DNA of 32,000 nt from NCBI RefSeq assembly GCF_009734345.1, contig NZ_CP032551.1:720001-752000 (forward strand), given 5' to 3'. Of the stretch, positions 27,395-32,000 are shown in pieces (the stretch's first letter is position 1; each line of letters opens with the position of its first letter). Position numbers and translations under genes: made by a program. This DNA is from Pseudidiomarina andamanensis (GTDB taxonomy: Bacteria > Pseudomonadota > Gammaproteobacteria > Enterobacterales > Alteromonadaceae). Below the pieces are notes generated by a model. The model worked only from the letters and a program-made list of their open reading frames with translations, did not search any database and had not been told where the DNA came from.

Positions 27395-28311
27395 GAATTC
27401 TCCCCTTTCGTTTTCTTTAAATCAGGTACAGACACCAAAATCGTTGTCGATGAAACAGTTACGGTTGCAGGACCGTGAAAGTAAATATCGCCATCAAGCT
27501 CAAGCGCGTGCTCAGAATCGCCAATTTGAAATTGCTTACCACGTTCGAACTCAATTGCCGCTGTGGTTTCGATACGACCTTTTAGAACGTTTAATAGCGC
27601 CTTAGTTTGACGCCAGCGTGGCATTTTGGGAACACGAATGCGCGCTAGCATTGCGTCGGTTCTATCGGCATGTGGATGCACCAAAAAACCGCCGCCAATA
27701 TAACGCCCTAACGCCACGAACTGACCGTCATCCCAATACTTACCTCGGCGTATGCGCGAACGACTTGTCATGGAGCCAAACAAGTAACGCGCTAGCGCAA
27801 TCAGGTAACTTAAGCGTCCTGCACTTTGCTTTAGCCAATGTTGCTGTAGGCGCATGAGATCAACGCTTAAGCCGGTTCCTACGTGGTTGACGAAATAGCG
27901 GCTCAGGCCTTCTGATTGCACATGGCAGACAGCTTCAGTCAGCGTTGTGATATTCGCATTCATGCGCCAATTCCAGCGCTTTAAGCCGTGATCACGCGCA
28001 AAATCATTACCAGTACCAACCGGTATGACAGTCATTGCGACCTGCGCCTGAAGGTTAGCTTGTATCAACGCATTCACCACAATATTGATACTGCCATCAC
28101 CACCGATGACCACGCATTCGTGAGCACCCTCGCACACCTGAATCAGTTGTGTTTGATCGCGCACTGAACTGGCTGAACTAGGTAATAACGTTACGTCAGC
28201 AACTGCATTTTCAAAAAATAGCTGATAGCGGCCTGCTAATCGCCGCGCCCGCCCACTAAGCTGGTTGTAGTAAATAACAACCCTGCGATTAGGTAAATGG
28301 CGTTCAGGCAT
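27391..28311 (-). CDS. diacylglycerol-kinase-catalytic-domain lipid kinase (YegS/BmrU-like)
   Basis: DAGK_cat hallmarks VVIGGDGSINIVVNAL and VIPVGTGNDFAR. The track ORF starts at a TTG (28317). I prefer the ATG at 28309-28311 (MPERHL..), which overlaps the cmoM stop by 8 nt. No strong Shine-Dalgarno, so the start is uncertain. Confidence 0.75.
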   Translation of the reverse strand: MPERHLPNRRVVIYYNQLSGRARRLAGRYQLFFENAVADVTLLPSSASSVRDQTQLIQVCEGAHECVVIGGDGSINIVVNALIQANLQAQVAMTVIPVGTGNDFARDHGLKRWNWRMNANITTLTEAVCHVQSEGLSRYFVNHVGTGLSVDLMRLQQHWLKQSAGRLSYLIALARYLFGSMTSRSRIRRGKYWDDGQFVALGRYIGGGFLVHPHADRTDAMLARIRVPKMPRWRQTKALLNVLKGRIETTAAIEFERGKQFQIGDSEHALELDGDIYFHGPATVTVSSTTILVSVPDLKKTKGENS

Positions 28312-29077
28312 GTTCAATTTGCCAATGCAGATAACGGCCTATATCAACGAACGGCGTTTGTTGGTTATATCGAAGCTCGAGGGCGAGCAACTCATCGAAG
28401 CGTTTTTGATCATCGCGATTCCGCAAATAATCATGAAAACAGCGTACGCCAGTTCGTTGTGTTACTTTTAATCGCAAATTCTTAAGCCATTCGCGCATGT
28501 CACTTGGGTTGATTGGTTGTTGTGGACTCATGCGCACCGTCTTTTTCACAGTCAAGTCAGCTTGTACATAATCGAAGTTACCAAAGATGATATTCGCAAG
28601 AATCTTGGCATCGCGATTATAAAACATTAGCGATAAGCGCCCGTTGGCATTCATTAATTGCTTCAAAGTAACAAGCGCTTGCTGCGGGTCAACCAACCAC
28701 TCCAATACCGCATGGCAAAACACAATGTCATAACTCTGTTGCAGCAACTCAGGTAATTCCTGTAACGGCGCCACGTGATAGGTATATTGCTGCGCTAACC
28801 CATGCTCTGCATGAAGTGTCTGGGCTTCACCGACTATCTCGGCTGAAATATCCGTATGCGTGACGTCACAACCTGCTTGTGCAAATAGCATCGAGAGTTG
28901 ACCCAAACCACCGCCGACATCCAGAATCCGCAATTTCTTGGCATCATTTGGTTCGGGTAGCCACGTTTGCAGGTCACGCTCAAGCACAGCCAAGCGCAAC
29001 TTACCTTTATTCGTCGCGTAAATGTTACGCGAGAACTTTTGCGTGATGCCCTCAAAACTTTGATCGCGTTTGGCCAT
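28304..29077 (-). CDS. cmoM: tRNA 5-carboxymethoxyuridine methyltransferase (SmtA/CmoM family SAM-dependent methyltransferase)
   Basis: 257-aa ORF. The N-terminus F.GI..KFSRNIYATNKGKLR parallels E. coli CmoM (FDDIAEKFSRNIYGTTKGQLR). SAM motif ILDVGGGLGQLS. FCHAVLEWLVDP, MFYN, GNFDYVQA, GVRCFHDYL. The ATG shares one base with the ybgI stop (TAATG at 29075-29079). Confidence 0.82.
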   Translation of the reverse strand: MAKRDQSFEGITQKFSRNIYATNKGKLRLAVLERDLQTWLPEPNDAKKLRILDVGGGLGQLSMLFAQAGCDVTHTDISAEIVGEAQTLHAEHGLAQQYTYHVAPLQELPELLQQSYDIVFCHAVLEWLVDPQQALVTLKQLMNANGRLSLMFYNRDAKILANIIFGNFDYVQADLTVKKTVRMSPQQPINPSDMREWLKNLRLKVTQRTGVRCFHDYLRNRDDQKRFDELLALELRYNQQTPFVDIGRYLHWQIEHA

Positions 29078-29832
29078 TACGCAGGGTTCTCAATATCAAT
29101 AAACACATGCTCAAGACTAAATTTTTCAGCCAAATGTTCACCCAGTGCACGAATGCCATAACGCTCTGTTGCATGATGCCCTGCAGCGAAATAAGCCAAA
29201 CCTTGTTCTTGCGCACTGTGCGTCGTCTGCTCTGAAATTTCGCCACTTAAAAATGCGTCAAAACCAGCCGCTGCTGCATGATCAATATACCCCTGTCCAC
29301 CACCGGTACACCAAGCAATGCGAGAAATCGGTTGGTCGCTGTCAATTCGTACGGTTAACGGACGCTTTAAACAACGACCGATATGCTCACCCAGCGCTTC
29401 AGAGGTCATTGGCTGCGGCAACGTACAGCCCATCACCACGCCTTCGGGGTCAACGCTCATCAAAGGCTGAGGCTGCGGCCAGCCAAATAACTGTGCCAAT
29501 TGCGCGTTATTACCAAACTGTGGATGTACATCAAGCGGCAAATGATAACCAAACAGGTTGATATCGGCTTGCAATAAGGCCTGAATACGACGCTTCTTCA
29601 TGCCAGTGATTACTGCTGGCTCACTTTTCCAAAAATAGCCATGGTGTACCAAGATTGTATCGGCGCCCTGCTCTATAGCGGCATCAATCAGCGCTTGGCT
29701 AGCCGTTACGCCGGTCACAATTTTGCGGATGTGTTGGCGACCTTCAATTTGTAATCCATTCGGACAATAATCGCGAATGCGGTCAATTTGTAATAATTCG
29801 CTGAGATAATTTTGAAGCTCGGAACGTTGCAC
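29077..29832 (-). CDS. ybgI: Nif3-like dinuclear metal centre protein (YbgI / GTP cyclohydrolase 1 type 2 homologue)
   Basis: 251-aa ORF with DYCPNGLQ.EG, ILVHHGYFWK, the C-terminal GGGQGY...GEISEQ and GHHATERYG histidine/glutamate ligand blocks typical of the NIF3 family. GTG start at 29830-29832 with GAGGA 4 nt upstream. Confidence 0.86.
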   Translation of the reverse strand: MQRSELQNYLSELLQIDRIRDYCPNGLQIEGRQHIRKIVTGVTASQALIDAAIEQGADTILVHHGYFWKSEPAVITGMKKRRIQALLQADINLFGYHLPLDVHPQFGNNAQLAQLFGWPQPQPLMSVDPEGVVMGCTLPQPMTSEALGEHIGRCLKRPLTVRIDSDQPISRIAWCTGGGQGYIDHAAAAGFDAFLSGEISEQTTHSAQEQGLAYFAAGHHATERYGIRALGEHLAEKFSLEHVFIDIENPA

Positions 29833-29978
29833 AATGTCCTCGTTTCTACTGAAAATTTGATGATATTGTGTGTTTTTAGCATATATTTAGGACAATTAAG
29901 TCAGACATTAGACAATATGCTGAAAAAACGGTATAAAAATGAAACACACACACATTATAAAGCTATAGGATAGTATCC

Positions 29979-30392
29979 ATGAGCAAACTTGATAAAGACC
30001 AAGTGCTTGCTGATTTTACTGCAGCATACCAGCAAGCTCACGGTAAAAAACCAAAAATTGAAGCAAAAGGCGGCTGGTACAGCGTCGACGGCGGTAAAAA
30101 TGTGCGTCTTGCACAACTTGCCGAAGAAGCAGAAAGCTTAGCTGGTGGCGCATCGAAAAAGCCAGCGGCTAAAGCTGAGAAAAAGACTGAGAAAAAAGCT
30201 GAGCCAGCGAAAAAAGCCGCTCCAGCTAAAAAGTCAGCAGCGAAAGCCCCAGCCAAAGCAGCAGCGAAGTCTGATGCAAAAGGCGCCAAAGTGGCAAAAT
30301 CTGCGAAAGGCGGTTTAACGGCGAAAGAATTATGGCGCCAACGTCTTGAGCAAGACAGCAGCTTGTCACGCCTGCCTCGCGGTTACGATTAA
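29979..30392 (+). CDS. hypothetical protein with Lys/Ala/Pro-rich histone-H1-like central region
   Basis: 137-aa ORF. AGGA lies 8 nt upstream of the ATG and a strong terminator lies 15 nt downstream. The N-terminal ~55 aa is ordinary sequence, residues ~58-112 are KKPAAKAEKKTEKKAEPAKKAAPAKKSAAKAPAKAAAKSDAKGAKVAKSAKGG, and the C-terminal ~25 aa is LTAKELWRQRLEQDSSLSRLPRGYD. I do not recognise a family. Confidence 0.6.
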   Translation: MSKLDKDQVLADFTAAYQQAHGKKPKIEAKGGWYSVDGGKNVRLAQLAEEAESLAGGASKKPAAKAEKKTEKKAEPAKKAAPAKKSAAKAPAKAAAKSDAKGAKVAKSAKGGLTAKELWRQRLEQDSSLSRLPRGYD

Positions 30393-30406
30393 TCGCTCAA
30401 GCTTAC

Positions 30407-30435
30407 AAAAAAAGGGACGCTATCGTCCCTTTTTT
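30407..30435. terminator. bidirectional rho-independent terminator
   Basis: AAAAAAA-GGGACG-ctat-CGTCCC-TTTTTT. The stem is 30414-30419 / 30424-30429, and the A-run and T-run make it functional in both directions. It sits between convergent genes ending at 30392 (+) and 30466 (-). Confidence 0.8.
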
Positions 30436-30465
30436 AATACTTATCTTTTACAGCTTTTTAAGCCT

Positions 30466-30993
30466 TTATTTCTTACCGATATAAAGCGTGATCTCGCCAA
30501 CAGGCAAACCGAACTTATACATCTGCGTGCGGTTGATCATGTTGTCTTCATCAACCAAATATAACCAATCATCAAGCTGCACTGAAAAAGGCTCGCCATC
30601 ACGCTCAATAATCAGCGTGTAACTCCAATTTAAGACGTTACCTGCGGTTGTGCCCTCGGCGACACCTTTCACATCACTAGCGCGGCCTTCATAGCTATTT
30701 TCGCCCGTTTTTGTAATGTACCAAATGCGCTCTTGCTCACTGCCGTCGGCATAATAGAATTGTTCGTCAAGAACCCCTTCGTTGCCGTTCCACGTGCCTT
30801 TTAAATCGGCACGAAAGCGTTGAATCACCTTACCGCTATAATCTTGCACCATACCGTAAGCAACTAACTCGCCGTTAAAGAACTCTTCAAGTTTTAACTG
30901 CGGTTGCTCACCCTGGTAATCTTCAATATTGGCCGAACAACCAATCAGAAAACTCAGTGCACTCGCTGCCACTAACATCTTTAAAAATTTCAT
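30466..30993 (-). CDS. DUF3833 family lipoprotein
   Basis: 175-aa ORF with signal peptide and lipobox MKFLKMLVAASALSFLIGC. The body (FFNGELVAYGMVQDYSGKV.QRF...W.Y...) is of the DUF3833 type as I recall it. The ATG shares a base with the upstream stop (TAATG, 30991-30995). Confidence 0.75.
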   Translation of the reverse strand: MKFLKMLVAASALSFLIGCSANIEDYQGEQPQLKLEEFFNGELVAYGMVQDYSGKVIQRFRADLKGTWNGNEGVLDEQFYYADGSEQERIWYITKTGENSYEGRASDVKGVAEGTTAGNVLNWSYTLIIERDGEPFSVQLDDWLYLVDEDNMINRTQMYKFGLPVGEITLYIGKK

Positions 30994-31535
30994 TATTGAA
31001 CTCCTATCAATTCGTTGCGTGCGTCCTTAAAGCGAGAATTTTCATCAAGCCAAATCGCGAGGAAATCTTCGGTAAATTGCGCTGATTGAATCTCTCCAAT
31101 CTCGCCTGATGGGCCAAAAAATTTAGCGTAACCCTGCTCGGTCTCTAGCAAAGTAATGCAATCGCCCTCTTGTACGTTCGGCCACATTTGACGCAATTCA
31201 CTCAGCCATTGTTGGTGGTCAGCACTAATAGTAATGCCCAGCCGTTCCCATTCTTCAGCGGTGGTATCAACGAGATCTTTTGCCTTGATATCGCGTAGAT
31301 AACTCAACTGCAGTGCACGTTGTTCGGCGCTGTCGAGTGCGCCCGTATCGGTGCGTAGTTCGGCATCATAGACATCCCAAAACCAAACACTCAGACGAGT
31401 CTCGCCTACTTTTTGCAATGTTTCGAATTCATCAACCGTACATTGCGATGCCAGCGCAGAAGGACTAATGCCGCTTAAAACCAGTGCCGAAGAAACAACA
31501 AAGCCGTCACGTAAATAAGAGAATAATTTCGTCAT
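30993..31535 (-). CDS. chalcone-isomerase-like family protein (secreted)
   Basis: 180-aa ORF with a signal-like N-terminus ending ALASQ and a LSVWFWDVYDAELR block resembling bacterial chalcone-isomerase-like proteins. It has the typical position between DUF2878 and DUF3833 genes. Confidence 0.68.
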   Translation of the reverse strand: MTKLFSYLRDGFVVSSALVLSGISPSALASQCTVDEFETLQKVGETRLSVWFWDVYDAELRTDTGALDSAEQRALQLSYLRDIKAKDLVDTTAEEWERLGITISADHQQWLSELRQMWPNVQEGDCITLLETEQGYAKFFGPSGEIGEIQSAQFTEDFLAIWLDENSRFKDARNELIGVQ

Positions 31536-31553
31536 GATGAACCTCCTCGTTGG

Positions 31554-32000
31554 TTAGCTCGCGGCTTTCACAAAGCGCGGCATTAACCAAGCAAATATCA
31601 CCATATATACGGACCAAAGTGCCGCATAGATTACCCAGAGCTGCCATTCAGGCGCCAGCAGCTCGGCTGCACCTAAACGGATACCAATGGCATAGGTCAG
31701 CGGGCCGGAAGCTATCCCTAACAACGCAGCCCACAGCGGACGCCCGGCTAGCCCGCTCAACGTATTCATGAGCATGCCAACAAAGCCAAGCCAGAGCAGG
31801 ATTAGCCATAACGGTAAAAACCCGCCAGTGAAAGTTAGAATACCAACACCAACGACTGTGCCTTCAAGCGCTAAACCCAATAACACCAAAATGATATAGA
31901 GAGACCAATTAAAATCGCTGCTACGAATGGCTAAAACAACCTGTAGTGCGACTAGAATAACGGTTGCAATTAACCAATCAGCACGACCGGCAACAGCACT
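31554..32000 (-). CDS. polytopic membrane protein, DUF2878-like; 5' end beyond the window
   Basis: The track lists 31554..31889 from a TTG. I translated the same frame up to 32000 and found no stop (..SAVAGRADWLIATVILVALQVVLAIRSSDFNWSLYIIL-VLLGLALEG..), so the gene is open to the window edge. It is very hydrophobic with several TM segments. The family call rests on context and is tentative. Confidence 0.55.
   Translation of the reverse strand, partial: SAVAGRADWLIATVILVALQVVLAIRSSDFNWSLYIILVLLGLALEGTVVGVGILTFTGGFLPLWLILLWLGFVGMLMNTLSGLAGRPLWAALLGIASGPLTYAIGIRLGAAELLAPEWQLWVIYAALWSVYMVIFAWLMPRFVKAAS

Noticed and set aside
29944-29955. (CA)5-6 dinucleotide tract between the likely promoter and the RBS of the Lys/Ala-rich gene, considered as a phase-variation switch.
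   Set aside because: It is too short for appreciable slipped-strand mispairing, and it lies in a leader where length changes would not shift a reading frame.
30038-30289. 83-aa antisense ORF inside the Lys/Ala-rich gene.
   Set aside because: It is a shadow ORF produced by the GCN/AAR-rich repeats on the opposite strand. It has no Shine-Dalgarno and no terminator. The plus-strand ORF has both signals.
1-32000. A search for mobile elements, genomic-island borders, tRNA/tmRNA genes, rRNA, toxin-antitoxin pairs and known defence genes.
   Set aside because: No integrase, transposase or recombinase ORFs, no tRNA-like sequences in the intergenic regions, no flanking direct repeats, and no nuclease, ATPase or methylase sets typical of defence systems were seen. 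Apart from the blocks listed under findings, the window reads as conserved core chromosome.

Overview
This is a chromosomal, mostly housekeeping window from a gammaproteobacterium. NrdA, NrdB, GyrA, SbcB, HrpA, AroA and SerC read almost collinearly with the E. coli proteins as I remember them. The gyrA / ubiG / nrdAB-yfaE order is also the E. coli order. A marine Alteromonadales-like host is only a guess.

I support 27 protein-coding genes:
- Minus strand: cmk (partial), aroA, hisC, serC, gyrA.
- Plus strand: ubiG, a Gph/MupP-like HAD phosphatase, nrdA-nrdB-yfaE and grxA.
- Minus strand: hrpA, a CBS-pair protein and a secreted isoaspartyl peptidase/asparaginase.
- Plus strand: sbcB followed by a GMC flavoprotein oxidoreductase.
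- An accessory-looking envelope module: a COG1033-type RND transporter, a Ycf48/BNR-like beta-propeller, and a divergent DUF1329 protein.
- A four-gene operon with overlapping stop/start codons: Nif3/ybgI, cmoM, a DAG-kinase-like lipid kinase, and a beta-hydroxyacid dehydrogenase.
- A Lys/Ala-rich histone-H1-like small protein.
- The start of a DUF3833 / chalcone-isomerase-like / DUF2878 cluster that runs off the right edge.

I saw no rRNA, tRNA, CRISPR array, transposase, integrase, phage gene or recognisable defence or toxin gene. I do not see a clear-cut new defence-island-type system.

The best candidates for unexplained biology are:
1. The incomplete RND / beta-propeller / DUF1329 module next to a GMC oxidoreductase.
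2. A family of palindromic intergenic elements built from 7-bp CGTTATT/AATAACG units. It occurs at two loci, each time ending a few nt before a start codon.
3. The uncharacterised Lys/Ala-rich protein.
4. The overlapped ybgI-cmoM-lipid kinase-dehydrogenase operon.
5. The DUF3833/CHI-like/DUF2878 cluster.

All family assignments come from reading motifs by eye. No searches were run.
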